Of a stretch of 64,000 nt of DNA, positions 1 through 10,608 are shown in pieces. The position numbers and the translations under genes were made by a program. Source of the DNA: Candidatus Babeliales bacterium (GTDB lineage: Bacteria > Babelota > Babeliae > Babelales > JANWKD01); NCBI GenBank assembly GCA_963701665.1, contig OY969622.1, positions 64,001 to 128,000 of the forward strand, written 5' to 3'. The notes beneath the pieces were generated by a model. The model saw only the letters and a program-made list of their open reading frames with translations, did not search any database and was not told the origin of the DNA. Within the stretch, counting starts at the first letter, position 1. Each line of letters starts with the position of its first letter.

Positions 1-23
1 AACATTCGCAAGAAAGGCTTGCT

Positions 24-1334
24 GTGAACTGCTTAGAATTCTTTACGACCATTAATACGGTAATTGGTATACCGTTTACATTTCTTTTTTTGATTGTGGG
101 CATTATTCTGACTATAAAAACAGGGTTCCCACAAATTTTTGCATTTGGGCATTTCAGAGAACTCATTAAAGATGGGTTAAAACGTACGCATACAGGCAAT
201 CTTAAAACAATTGACGCTTTTCATGCACTGTTTACTGCGATGGCGACATCAATTGGTATTGGGAATATTGTAGGCCCTTCTCTTGCCATTGTTGTTGGTG
301 GCCCAGGTGCGCTTTTTTGGTTGATCGTGTATGCCTTTTTTGGTTCCGTAACGAAGTTAACGGAAGTTGTTTTTGCTATGTATTATCGCACAAAAACTTC
401 TGATGGACGTATTTTAGGGGGACCGGCAGAATATTTAAAAATGGTGCATCCATGGTTTGCCAATTGGTATGGTATTACAACGGTATTTTTGTTTGCAGGA
501 TGGTCAGGTATTCAATCAAAAGCATTAGCAGAAATTTTATTAAAAAATGGCATGCAAGAATGGGTTACGGGATTAATACTTGCTTTGTTTACTTTTTATA
601 TTTTAATTGGCGGTGCACAACGCGTTGGCAATATTGCTAGTAAATTAGTACCACTTATGTTTACTCTCTATGTTATGTTTAGTATGTGGATTTTGCTCAG
701 TGATATACCATCACTTTTTGCTGCATTTAAAATAATCGGCAGATCCATTTTGACACCAACAGCACCTATAGGAGGTTTTTTAGGGTCAACTATTTTTTCT
801 TGTATCAAAGAAGGTGTTTATAAGAGTGTTTTTATTACTGAGTCAGGTATGGGCACCTCATCAATTGCGCATTCGATGTCAGATGCAAAAAAACCAATAG
901 ATCAGGGTATCTTGGCAATGTATTCTGTGGCTGCTGATACACTTTTATGTTTGCTGTCTGGATTGCTTGTAATAACCACAGGAATTTGGAAAATGGGAAC
1001 TTTCAGTAATTCCTTAATTTTTAAGGTATTTGAATCTGAATTGCCGACCATTGGCCCATTATTTTTTATTATGAGTGTAATATTATTTGTTGCTACAACG
1101 GTGCTTGGTAACACTTTTAATGGTGGCCAAAGTTTTGCAACGTTCATTAGTAATTATCGTTGGCTCCGATCATATTATGTTTTTGTGTGTTGTATTATTT
1201 TCCTGAGTGCAATTATGGAAGTGCCGCTGGTGTGGGCAATTATGGATGTGCTTTTACCGCTTGTTGCGCTGCCTAATCTTCTAGGAATTTTGATACTGGC
1301 ATTTAAACATCCCCATGCATTGCGCTATCCTTAA
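24..1334 (+). CDS. Alanine/glycine:cation symporter (AGCS family)
   Basis: Multi-TM protein with SIGIGNIVG, GGPGALFW, GGPAEY and ESGMGTSSIAH motifs typical of AGCS; GTG start. Confidence 0.9.
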   Translation: MNCLEFFTTINTVIGIPFTFLFLIVGIILTIKTGFPQIFAFGHFRELIKDGLKRTHTGNLKTIDAFHALFTAMATSIGIGNIVGPSLAIVVGGPGALFWLIVYAFFGSVTKLTEVVFAMYYRTKTSDGRILGGPAEYLKMVHPWFANWYGITTVFLFAGWSGIQSKALAEILLKNGMQEWVTGLILALFTFYILIGGAQRVGNIASKLVPLMFTLYVMFSMWILLSDIPSLFAAFKIIGRSILTPTAPIGGFLGSTIFSCIKEGVYKSVFITESGMGTSSIAHSMSDAKKPIDQGILAMYSVAADTLLCLLSGLLVITTGIWKMGTFSNSLIFKVFESELPTIGPLFFIMSVILFVATTVLGNTFNGGQSFATFISNYRWLRSYYVFVCCIIFLSAIMEVPLVWAIMDVLLPLVALPNLLGILILAFKHPHALRYP

Positions 1335-1442
1335 TCGAGAAAAAAGATTACAATCTGAGTATTTTTGACATATATTTTCTTATAAAGTACATTATTTATT
1401 AATATCTTTTTATTATGTTAGAAGTCTTACTAGGAAAATAGT

Positions 1443-1910
1443 ATGAAATTATTAGCTGCCGTTTCGCTGCTTCTTACTATAAGCACCGTATTTGGTAACG
1501 AAGATGATTTTTCTTATATCGATAGTATGAGAAAGAAGACTGATTCTCAGAGTGAATGTAATGAACATCAATGTACCGTTCTAAAGGGTGAGCTAAAATT
1601 TCTTGATGCTCGTATTGCACACAGAAATCTTAAGATTAGAAGAATTGAAGATGCCATGTTACATTATAATGGTCCCATTGGATTCGTAGGAGGAGCTATT
1701 TGTTTTGCTTTTGTTAATCCTGCTATTTCTTTCTTATTACTAGGTGGTGCGCTCGTTAGTATAGGGAATGCACATGTGATAAGCCCTGTTCGACATTCTT
1801 GGCATCAAAAAGTGCTTTTTAACCTTGAACAAAAGCGCGCTGAAGCTCGAGAAAAATTCAAACATACGTGCAAGGATCCTTTACAAAAACCCTTTGAAAA
1901 AGTACCATAA
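1443..1910 (+). CDS. Hypothetical exported/membrane protein
   Basis: Signal peptide [18 protein letters not shown], coiled-coil segment and a Gly-rich hydrophobic hairpin; RBS-like aggaaa upstream. Confidence 0.7.
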   Translation: MKLLAAVSLLLTISTVFGNEDDFSYIDSMRKKTDSQSECNEHQCTVLKGELKFLDARIAHRNLKIRRIEDAMLHYNGPIGFVGGAICFAFVNPAISFLLLGGALVSIGNAHVISPVRHSWHQKVLFNLEQKRAEAREKFKHTCKDPLQKPFEKVP

Positions 1911-1978
1911 AACCTGTTTTTGTAGTTATATTTATCTCTATTTTATCCACAAACATATTTCAGGACCGAGGATATTCT

Positions 1979-3952
1979 ATGAACCCACTTGAAAGTTATT
2001 TATTACTCATGCTTGTTGCTGCGTGCGGATTGGCCGTGGTAACTTTCTTGTTTTACAAAATTGTTAAAATAAAAGTTGACAGTGATGTAGCACAGAAAAT
2101 TGCAACCGCAATCTCAGAAGGTGCTATGACCTTTTTGGAAGAAGAATACAAAATAATCGGTATCGTAGCGCTTATTGTTGCGGCATTGTTATGGTATGGA
2201 TTAGGCATGTATGCTGCACTCGCATTTTTAGCGGGCGCTTTGCTTTCTTCTGCGACCGGTTTTATTGGCATGCGCGCGGCCACCTTCGCGAACGTACGCA
2301 CGACAATGGCTGCGAAAAATAAAGGTGAACTCGCGGCATTCTCTGTTGCATTTTTTGGTGGCGGCGTCATGGGTTTTGCAGTGGCAACGTTCGGTCTTTT
2401 TGGTTTAGCAACCGTGTTTTATGTATTTGGGTACAGCAGTTCATTCATTCCTATTTTGACCAGTTTTGGTTTAGGCGGCAGTTTGGTTGCATTTTTTGCG
2501 CGCGTTGGTGGTGGTATTTTTACTAAATCTGCTGACGTTGGTGCTGATTTAGTAGGAAAAGTCGAAGCAGGAATTCCTGAAGATGATCCACGTAATCCTG
2601 CAGTTATTGCTGATAACGTTGGTGATTGTGTTGGTGATACTGCCGGTATGGGCGCCGATATTTTTGAATCATATGTGGGCGCAATGGTTTCTAGCATTAT
2701 ATTAGCGCTTGGCAGTACCAACTATAATAATTTCATGTATACCTCGTTGCCTTTGATGCTTTCAGCAATTGGTTTGATTAGCTCTATTATAGGTTTGTGT
2801 TCAAATTTCTTTTTGCGTGTGAATCCTGCTGCCATGTTGCGTTATGCAACGTTTATTGCGATTTTTGTTTTTGCGTGCGCGAGTGGCGGCTATCTTTACT
2901 ATTTTGATCTTGATATGCATCTTTTTGTTTCGATTATATTTGGATGCCTTGCTGGTATTATTATTGGATTAATTACAGAATATTATACCGGTGGACAACC
3001 GGTGATTAATATTGCAAACAGTTCTCGCTCGGGTGCAGCAACCAATTTAATTTACGGATTATCAGTTGGTATGGAGTCAACAGTAATTCCCGTTGTTTTA
3101 CTTGCAATTGCGGTGTTATGCGCATTTAACTATGGCGGCGGACTTTTTGGCGTCGCACTTTCAGCAGTTGCTATGCTTGCAACCGTTGGTATTACCATGA
3201 CGGTAGATGCGTATGGCCCAATTGCTGATAATGCGGGCGGTATCGCAGAAATGTCAGATTTTGGTCCTAATGTTCGTGCTATTACTGATAAACTTGATGC
3301 ACTCGGCAATACAACAGCGGCAATGGGCAAAGGTTTTGCCATAGGTTCAGCATTGTTAACAGCGCTCGCTCTTTTTGCAGCATATTCAGAGTTAGCAAAA
3401 TTGACTGCGCTCAACGTTCTTGATCCATTAGTATTAGGTGGTATGTTCATTGGCGGTGTAATGCCGTTTTTAATATCAGCATTAACGATGCGCTCGGTTG
3501 GTCAAGCAGCATTGAAAATGGTAATGGAAGTGCGCCGACAATTTAAAGAAATTCCTGGCCTTATGGAAGGAACAGCAGAACCCGATTACAAACGATGTAT
3601 TGCCATTAGTACACAAGCAGCATTGCATGAAATGGTTTTGCCCGGTGTACTCACGGTAATTTTGCCGGTAGTTATTAAATTTACGCTCGGCGTACAAGCA
3701 CTTGGTGGTCTTTTGGTTGGTGCGACGCTCGTTGGTGTCCTTCTTGCGCTCATGATGGCAAATGGCGGTGGCGCGTGGGATAATGCAAAAAAATATATTG
3801 AAGCTGGTCATCTTGGCGGCAAAGGTTCTGATGCGCACAAAGCGGCGGTTGTTGGCGACACCGTTGGAGATCCTTTCAAAGATACATCCGGCCCCGCGCT
3901 CAATATTTTAATTAAGTTAATGTCAATCGTTGCATTACTCTTAGTTTCGTAA
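1979..3952 (+). CDS. hppA: Membrane-integral ion-translocating pyrophosphatase (K+-dependent type)
   Basis: [46 protein letters not shown] and [10 protein letters not shown] signatures. Confidence 0.97.
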   Translation: MNPLESYLLLMLVAACGLAVVTFLFYKIVKIKVDSDVAQKIATAISEGAMTFLEEEYKIIGIVALIVAALLWYGLGMYAALAFLAGALLSSATGFIGMRAATFANVRTTMAAKNKGELAAFSVAFFGGGVMGFAVATFGLFGLATVFYVFGYSSSFIPILTSFGLGGSLVAFFARVGGGIFTKSADVGADLVGKVEAGIPEDDPRNPAVIADNVGDCVGDTAGMGADIFESYVGAMVSSIILALGSTNYNNFMYTSLPLMLSAIGLISSIIGLCSNFFLRVNPAAMLRYATFIAIFVFACASGGYLYYFDLDMHLFVSIIFGCLAGIIIGLITEYYTGGQPVINIANSSRSGAATNLIYGLSVGMESTVIPVVLLAIAVLCAFNYGGGLFGVALSAVAMLATVGITMTVDAYGPIADNAGGIAEMSDFGPNVRAITDKLDALGNTTAAMGKGFAIGSALLTALALFAAYSELAKLTALNVLDPLVLGGMFIGGVMPFLISALTMRSVGQAALKMVMEVRRQFKEIPGLMEGTAEPDYKRCIAISTQAALHEMVLPGVLTVILPVVIKFTLGVQALGGLLVGATLVGVLLALMMANGGGAWDNAKKYIEAGHLGGKGSDAHKAAVVGDTVGDPFKDTSGPALNILIKLMSIVALLLVS

Positions 3953-3961
3953 ACATTGATT

Positions 3962-4006
3962 AAAAAAAGAAGAGCATGATTTGTTTAATCATGCTCTTCT
4001 TTTTTT
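3962..4006. terminator. Bidirectional intrinsic terminator
   Basis: aaaaaaagaagagcatgatt / aatcatgctcttcttttttt inverted repeat between convergent genes. Confidence 0.85.
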
Positions 4007-4025
4007 GCTATTTATTGCTTAATTA

Positions 4026-4712
4026 TTATTCTTCATCTTCTTCAACAGCGACATAACGAATTTTTTTCCCGCCAGGTCCTCTGCGTGTTATTTGTTGTGG
4101 CGCAGATTTTTTTTGTTGCGCTGTTCTTTTTGCTTGCGCGCGTGTTGTGCGTGTTGGTTTTTTTGGTTCTTCCTTAGCAGGTGCTGGAGCTGCGACAGGT
4201 TTTTTTTCTTTCTTTTCTTCTTTTTCAATAACTTGTTTTTGTTTTCCTGCACCCTGTTTTTGCATTCCGCCATTTTTTAATTGCTCAACAAGATCAGTTA
4301 AGTTGCCTTTTGAGATACCGCCAATGCGAGAAAACAATTGTCCACCATTTTTATCGAAAAAAATAATTGTTGGGTATCCTTCGACCTTTAATTCACGCAT
4401 AACGTCAGGTGCATGATCGCCATCTGCAGCAAGGAAATTTATACTAGCACCATATTCTTTTGCTAATTGTTCATATGGTTCTTTGAGTTCTTTGCATGGG
4501 CCACACCATGATGTGTAACATTTTACAACCATTGGTTTTCCAGCATTTTTATATCTGTTGAATTCATTCATTGATTTAACGTCAATGACTTTATGTGCTG
4601 ATCTAGATGGTACAATGTCGATAGCACCCATGAGACATTCTTCTTTGGCATGTAGCATGCCGATGAAAGCGAATGTTACAATAACATTACCGAGTGCTTT
4701 AATGGTATTCAT
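4026..4712 (-). CDS. Exported thioredoxin-domain protein with basic low-complexity C-terminal tail
   Basis: WCGPC active site, EGYPT cis-Pro loop, N-terminal signal-like segment, K/R/Q/A/P-rich tail. Confidence 0.85.
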   Translation of the reverse strand: MNTIKALGNVIVTFAFIGMLHAKEECLMGAIDIVPSRSAHKVIDVKSMNEFNRYKNAGKPMVVKCYTSWCGPCKELKEPYEQLAKEYGASINFLAADGDHAPDVMRELKVEGYPTIIFFDKNGGQLFSRIGGISKGNLTDLVEQLKNGGMQKQGAGKQKQVIEKEEKKEKKPVAAPAPAKEEPKKPTRTTRAQAKRTAQQKKSAPQQITRRGPGGKKIRYVAVEEDEE

Positions 4713-4727
4713 AGCAAAATCCTTATA

Positions 4728-5141
4728 TTAATTGGTTGTAATACTTTTTATTTTTTTGCTGAAATCTTCAGAACGTGGTATGCCAGCTTTTTTCTCAATA
4801 ACGTTACCTGCTTTGTTGCAATACATTATTGTTGGATATCCAGTTATAGTATATTTATCTGCAACTTCTTTATTTGCATCACAATTTACGTTCATAAATC
4901 TAACATCTGGATATTCTTGCGATATCTTTTCAAATGTTGGTGCAAATTTTTTACATGCAGGACACCAAGGTTCATAAAATTTTACTATGGCGGGTTTACC
5001 TTCGTGTAACTTTGTTTCAAATTCTGCAGGCGAGCCTTTGAATTCTTCTACCGTGCATTGTATACTAATATGCATCACTAAAATCATGCACGATGTTAAT
5101 ACTATAGATTTCATCTGACAAATCTCCTTTTTTCTTTTCAT
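4728..5141 (-). CDS. Thioredoxin-family protein, probably exported
   Basis: WCPAC and GYPT motifs; hydrophobic N-terminus from the second Met (MKSIVLTSC...). Confidence 0.85.
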   Translation of the reverse strand: MKRKKEICQMKSIVLTSCMILVMHISIQCTVEEFKGSPAEFETKLHEGKPAIVKFYEPWCPACKKFAPTFEKISQEYPDVRFMNVNCDANKEVADKYTITGYPTIMYCNKAGNVIEKKAGIPRSEDFSKKIKSITTN

Positions 5142-5583
5142 TTTTAAGATAGAGGTTTTGTTATTTGTGTGTCAATACTACGCAAGTGTTGCGTGAGTGA
5201 CACATTTTTTGTGAGGAAAAAAGCACAACTGTTTACAATATTTAGGTCATTCATTTATACAATAAATCTTATGGAGAGATTACTATTTGTATTGAGTGGG
5301 AAACTTATTTCATAAAAAAATGAAGAATATGTTTTGTATTTATGACTATTAAATTTTTGTTTGCTTAGAAGGATTTAAGGTGGTACAGTAGATGATAATG
5401 TCATTAATTAATTTTACAAATAGAAAAACAATCTGTTTTGTTTTAATCTGCTTTTTTGTCCGCCTGCTGTACAAGCATGTTGCATAATTTTTTAACAATA
5501 AGGAGTAGATAGGAAGCATGTTTTGTTATTTTTGTATTTTTTTAACAGGGTATTTTTATCTTTAGCATCTAAAAAGGAAAACT

Positions 5584-8154
5584 ATGAATTCTCAGAGCAG
5601 TCTCATAAATGGGGGTTTTGAGACATCAGCTGTGCATAAAAGTACATTTGATCATATGATGGTAACTAAAAGAAATGGTAACCGTGTGCCATTTGACAGT
5701 GATAAGGTGTATGCCACCATTAATCGTATCATGGGCAATTTATCATCACTCGTTTCTATTGATTTGATTGTCAAAGAAGTTATAAAAAATATTTATGACG
5801 GCGTAACAACACAAGATCTCGAAAAAGCATTTGTTTTATCTGCTATTGTATTTTTAGAACAAGATCCTTCGTATGGTGTTATTGCAGCACGACTGTTATT
5901 GCAGGCTGTTTACAAAGAGGTTTTTAAAGTTTCCGCAACTGATGCTACTCTTACTGCTTTGTATCAAAATGCTTTTATTACGAGTATTGAACGTGGTGTT
6001 GAAAATAAGATTCTAAGTCCTGCTATGCTTGACTATGATTTAGAATTTTTAGCACAAAACTTGCGTGTTGAACGTGACTATTTACTCGAATATCTGGGAT
6101 TGCAAACATTATACGATCGCTATTTTCTTAAAATTAATAAAAAGAAAATTGAATTGCCGCAAACGTTCTGGATGCGTATTGCAATGGGACTTGCTTTGCA
6201 AGAACCAAATAAACAACAAAAGGCACTTGAATTTTATGAGCTCTTTTCCACCTTGCGCTATATTTCTTCAACGCCGACATTATTTCATTCCGGCTATATT
6301 ATTCCTCAATTAAGTTCCTGTTATTTAACAACAGTCCATGATGATTTGGCACATATTTTTAAATGCATGGGTGATAATGCGCAATTATCAAAGTGGGCTG
6401 GTGGTATAGGTAATGATTGGACTAATATTCGTGGCACTGGATCCATGATTAAAGGCATCCATGCAACGAGCCAAGGCGTAGTTCCATTTTTAAAAATTGC
6501 TAATGATGTTGTTGCAGGTATTACGCGCAGTGGTATCAGGCGTGGTGGTACGTGTGCCTACCTTGAAACATGGCATTTAGATATTGAAGAATTTCTTGAT
6601 CTTCGCCGAAACACTGGTGATGAACGCCGTAGAACGCATGACATGAATACTGCAAATTGGATTCCAGATCTTTTTATGAAGCGTGTGCTTGCTGATCAAG
6701 AATGGACTTTGTTTTCACCGGATGAAGTACCGGACTTACATGATCTTTATGGCAAAACATTTGAGCAGCGTTATGAAGAGTATGAACAAAAAGCAAAAAA
6801 TGGACAAATGATACAGTTTAAAACTATATCTGCGCTTAAATTGTGGCGTAAAATGTTGAGTAGACTTTTTGAAACTGGGCATCCTTGGATTACGTTCAAA
6901 GATCCGTGTAATATTCGTTCACCACAAGATCATGCTGGTGTTGTACATAGTTCAAATTTGTGTACGGAAATTACGCTCAATACCTCAGTTGATGAAACTG
7001 CGGTATGTAATTTAGGATCAGTCAATCTATCGCGGCATATTGTTAATGGTGTGCTTGACGAAGAAATGCTGGCGCAAACGATTAAAACTGCAATACGTAT
7101 GCTTGATAATGTTATTGATTTAAATTTTTATCCAACTATCGAAGCAAAAAATTCAAATATACGCCATCGCCCTGTTGGTCTTGGCTGTATGGGATTTCAA
7201 GATGCTTTATTTAAATTAAATATTCCTTTTGATTCTGAAGAAGCAGTTACCTTTGCAGATAATCTTGGGGAAAAGTTTTTATATTATGCCGTTCTTGGTT
7301 CTTCTGAATTAGCGCAAGAACGTGGTACCTATAAAAGTTATAAAGGTTCTAAATGGGATCGGGACATTTTTCCACTCGATACGATCGAGCTCCTTGAAAA
7401 AGAACGAGGGATGCCGATCGAAGTTTCGCGTTCAAGTTCACTTGACTGGACGCCAGTTAGAAGACATGTAAAAGAATGGGGGATGCGAAATTCTAATGTG
7501 TTAGCAGTTGCGCCAACAGCAACCATCGCTAACATTGCCGGTTGTTATCCATGCATTGAACCTATGTATCAAAATATTTATGTAAAGGCAAATATCGCTG
7601 GTGAATTTACCGTGATAAATACCTATTTAGTACACGATTTAAAAGCATTAGGATTGTGGAGCCAATCAATGCTTGAGCAATTGAAATATTATGATGGTAA
7701 TTTGCAAATGATTGATGAAATTCCAGATCATCTTAAACGTAAATATAAAGGTGCATTTGAGTTAGATCCTACCCACATGATCAAAATTACTGCTGCGCGT
7801 GGTAAGTGGGTAGATCAAAGCCAATCGCATAATGTTTTCATGCAAGGAGTATCTGGGCAAAAATTGCATGAAATCTATACAACAGGCTGGCGTATGGGAA
7901 TGAAAACATTTTATTATTTGAGAACTCTTGGTGCAAGTCAGATAGAAAAGTCTACCTTAGATGCTAAAAAATGGGGCTATACACAAAAAAGAGAATATAA
8001 AGATGGTTCTTCATCTGATATGCAATCTGAGACTATTATGTTTAGTCCTAACGTTGCTTCATCTGCTGAGCAAGCCGAGCCTATTGCATTTAGCCCTGCG
8101 AAGGCGTACGTGTGTGATATAGATAATCCGGGTGAATGCGAATCATGTCAGTAA
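5584..8154 (+). CDS. nrdA: Ribonucleoside-diphosphate reductase alpha subunit with ATP cone
   Basis: VTKRNG ATP cone, QLSSCYL, SSNLCTEI, VCNLGS, APTATI, TFYYLR, C-terminal CESCQ. Confidence 0.97.
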   Translation: MNSQSSLINGGFETSAVHKSTFDHMMVTKRNGNRVPFDSDKVYATINRIMGNLSSLVSIDLIVKEVIKNIYDGVTTQDLEKAFVLSAIVFLEQDPSYGVIAARLLLQAVYKEVFKVSATDATLTALYQNAFITSIERGVENKILSPAMLDYDLEFLAQNLRVERDYLLEYLGLQTLYDRYFLKINKKKIELPQTFWMRIAMGLALQEPNKQQKALEFYELFSTLRYISSTPTLFHSGYIIPQLSSCYLTTVHDDLAHIFKCMGDNAQLSKWAGGIGNDWTNIRGTGSMIKGIHATSQGVVPFLKIANDVVAGITRSGIRRGGTCAYLETWHLDIEEFLDLRRNTGDERRRTHDMNTANWIPDLFMKRVLADQEWTLFSPDEVPDLHDLYGKTFEQRYEEYEQKAKNGQMIQFKTISALKLWRKMLSRLFETGHPWITFKDPCNIRSPQDHAGVVHSSNLCTEITLNTSVDETAVCNLGSVNLSRHIVNGVLDEEMLAQTIKTAIRMLDNVIDLNFYPTIEAKNSNIRHRPVGLGCMGFQDALFKLNIPFDSEEAVTFADNLGEKFLYYAVLGSSELAQERGTYKSYKGSKWDRDIFPLDTIELLEKERGMPIEVSRSSSLDWTPVRRHVKEWGMRNSNVLAVAPTATIANIAGCYPCIEPMYQNIYVKANIAGEFTVINTYLVHDLKALGLWSQSMLEQLKYYDGNLQMIDEIPDHLKRKYKGAFELDPTHMIKITAARGKWVDQSQSHNVFMQGVSGQKLHEIYTTGWRMGMKTFYYLRTLGASQIEKSTLDAKKWGYTQKREYKDGSSSDMQSETIMFSPNVASSAEQAEPIAFSPAKAYVCDIDNPGECESCQ

Positions 8155-8168
8155 TATAAGGAAAAGTT

Positions 8169-9173
8169 ATGATACAAAAAAAAACAATCTTAAATAATAG
8201 TGTTACTGATCCTAATAAAATATTGCCTATGACCTATATGTGGGCACGTCAACATTATAAAGATGGTATTGCAAATAATTGGACGCCAGAAGAAATTTCT
8301 ATGCAACAGGATGTTGAGCAATGGAAATCTGCAACATTTTTATCAGAAAAAGAACGCCGATTAATTTTGTGGAACCTCGGTTTTTTTTCAACAGCAGAAT
8401 CATTAACGGCGAACAATCTAGTGTTGGCAGTGTATCGTCATGTTACCAATCCTGAATGCCGTCAATATTTATTACGCCAAGCATTTGAAGAGGCGGTGCA
8501 TACGGATACATTCATCTACTGTTGTGACACATTAGGACTTGATCCTGATGAGATTTATAACATGTATAATACAATTCCTTCAATTGCCCAAAAAGACGCG
8601 TTTGTGATCGATCTGACGCAATCAATTTTTGACCCTAACTTCAAAACAGAAACACAAGAAGATATCAAGCGCTTTGTGCATGATCTGATTGGCTATTATG
8701 TGATCATGGAAGGCATTTTCTTTTATGCTGGTTTTGCTATGATGCTCGCGCTCAAACGCCAAAATAAGATGATCGGTATTGGTGAGCAGTTTGAATATAT
8801 CATGCGCGATGAGAGTGTGCACTTGGCATTTGGCTGTGATTTAATTAACGCGATCAAAGCTGAAAATCCTGCAATTTGGACTGAAACATTCCAACGAGAA
8901 ATCATCGAATTAATTAAAAAAGCAGTTATTTTAGAAAAACAATATGCAAAAGATGCGTGTCCTGAAGGGTTACTTGGTATAAACGCTCAACAATTCAGTG
9001 ATTATGTTGAATACATTGCCGATCGCCGTTTAGAACGTATCGATTTGCCAAAAGTGTATTTCACAGAAAATCCATTTCCATGGATGTCGCAATCGACAGA
9101 TTTGTCAAAAGAGAAGAATTTCTTTGAAACGCGTGTAACCGAGTACCAAACTGCCGGTTCACTCGAGTGGTAA
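8169..9173 (+). CDS. nrdB: Ribonucleotide reductase beta subunit, class Ic (R2c)-like
   Basis: Ferritin-like ligands FFSTAESL, EEAVH, MEGIFFYAGF, RDESVH; NFFETRVTEY tail; Phe at the usual radical-Tyr position. Confidence 0.95.
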   Translation: MIQKKTILNNSVTDPNKILPMTYMWARQHYKDGIANNWTPEEISMQQDVEQWKSATFLSEKERRLILWNLGFFSTAESLTANNLVLAVYRHVTNPECRQYLLRQAFEEAVHTDTFIYCCDTLGLDPDEIYNMYNTIPSIAQKDAFVIDLTQSIFDPNFKTETQEDIKRFVHDLIGYYVIMEGIFFYAGFAMMLALKRQNKMIGIGEQFEYIMRDESVHLAFGCDLINAIKAENPAIWTETFQREIIELIKKAVILEKQYAKDACPEGLLGINAQQFSDYVEYIADRRLERIDLPKVYFTENPFPWMSQSTDLSKEKNFFETRVTEYQTAGSLEW

Positions 9174-9201
9174 AAGGCACTTATTTTTTTATCTTGATAA
9201 T

Positions 9202-9234
9202 AAAAGAGGCGTACGTTTTTGTACGCCTCTTTTT
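9202..9234 (+). terminator. Intrinsic terminator after nrdAB
   Basis: aaaagaggcgtac / gtacgcctctttt hairpin with T-run. Confidence 0.85.
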
Positions 9235-9329
9235 CTTTGAAGACGCGCGTACTATTTCATTGATTTCATGAAAATTATAGAGGTACTATGAAAGAAGAAA
9301 TTTAGATGCTCTATAAAAGGAAAAGAGCT

Positions 9330-10565
9330 ATGAAAAAGTACGATCGATTTTTAGCAAAGTTATTACTGTTTTGCAGTTTTATTGTGTCTTTGTATGGAAA
9401 TGTTGAATATGCGTTGCATGAGTTGAGAAAAAGGCTTGATGACTTGCACTTTGCATTAAGAGAATCTCAAACAGGGCTAAAAGACCTTCCGATTGAGGTT
9501 GTTGAGAAAATGTTACTTGATAGCATTCCTGATTTTAGAGATATAAGGCAGCCAGGTATTGCAAGAACTGCTTTTTTAGACACAGTTAAATCATTAAGAA
9601 ATTTTTGGCAAACAAATAAAACATATTCTAGTATTTTTTATGACTCAACTTTTAAAAGACTTGTTATGAGGAGATTGTTTAACGGTCTTTCATTTGACAT
9701 ATTGGAAAGCACACCTCTTATACCTATGCCAGAAAAAATTTCATTAGATACAAGTGTTTTTGGTAATATTGCAAATGCTTTTTATTATATACATAATCTA
9801 CACAATAAATTGATATATGACGTTAGCATTGAATTATCTGATCGTGAAAAGGGCATTAAAGATGCGTTGCAGCAACTGGTTGTCACAGGTATTAGCCCAA
9901 ATTTCTTTATGGATTATAGAAATTTATTTCATATCGCAATCGAATATGATTCCCCTCAAATTGTCATAGATATGGTTAATCAAGGTGCCGATGTTACGAT
10001 ACCAACTAAGCCTTATACGGCTGGGATTGTTCCTGCATCTTATCCTGTTATTGCTGTGAAGTATAACCAAATACCCTTTATATTTGCCTTTAGTTACTCG
10101 CCCAAATCGGCCTTCTTTTTATTAAATCAAAACTTAGTTGATATAAAAGCCATTAAAGAACGTCTATCACAGGCATGGCCATATTATAAAATTTATAATG
10201 ATCGAGTAGAGGTTAGACGTCAGGTTAGCTATTATGCAAAAATTGTTAAACAGTTAGTAGAAAATGGTATTGATGCTGACACGGAAGTTGTAGTTACTAT
10301 TCAAAATGATATGGCAATCACAAATTCATTTTTGGCGTTCTTTTTATCCTACTATGACTCCTATAGGTTATATGATGAAGAGCAAGAGGTATTAGAAGTT
10401 ATTAAATTCCTTTTGGATAATAAGGCGAAAATAAATAAAAGATATTATATGGTTGATTGGGCTAAAAATCAGACCCCACTTGAGTTTGCACGTGCACAAA
10501 AGGGATCATTTCCAGAACTATATAAGCTTATTGAGAAATATAAAGATAATCCTGATAATAATTAA
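9330..10565 (+). CDS. Exported protein with F-box-like motif and degenerate ankyrin repeats
   Basis: Signal peptide; LKDLPIEVVEKML; LFHIAIEYDSPQIVIDMVNQGADVT, VKQLVENGIDAD, VIKFLLDNKAKIN, TPLEFA. ORF track start is 9306; 9330 preferred. Confidence 0.65.
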   Translation: MKKYDRFLAKLLLFCSFIVSLYGNVEYALHELRKRLDDLHFALRESQTGLKDLPIEVVEKMLLDSIPDFRDIRQPGIARTAFLDTVKSLRNFWQTNKTYSSIFYDSTFKRLVMRRLFNGLSFDILESTPLIPMPEKISLDTSVFGNIANAFYYIHNLHNKLIYDVSIELSDREKGIKDALQQLVVTGISPNFFMDYRNLFHIAIEYDSPQIVIDMVNQGADVTIPTKPYTAGIVPASYPVIAVKYNQIPFIFAFSYSPKSAFFLLNQNLVDIKAIKERLSQAWPYYKIYNDRVEVRRQVSYYAKIVKQLVENGIDADTEVVVTIQNDMAITNSFLAFFLSYYDSYRLYDEEQEVLEVIKFLLDNKAKINKRYYMVDWAKNQTPLEFARAQKGSFPELYKLIEKYKDNPDNN

Positions 10566-10608
10566 TGTTTAAAATTGGTGGAATCTAGAACATCAATACA
10601 TTCTTACT

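Noticed and set aside
2053..3838. Antisense ORFs within hppA, and similar shadow ORFs inside other long genes
   Set aside because: Fully overlap well-supported genes; explained by codon bias
5233..5247. Possible NrdR box (ttacaatatttaggt) upstream of nrdA
   Set aside because: Single AT-rich match ~340 bp from the start, with no convincing second box at the usual spacing
9231..9251. ~20-bp resemblance to the nrdB 3' end just after the terminator
   Set aside because: Too short and gapped to count as a third gene-end duplication
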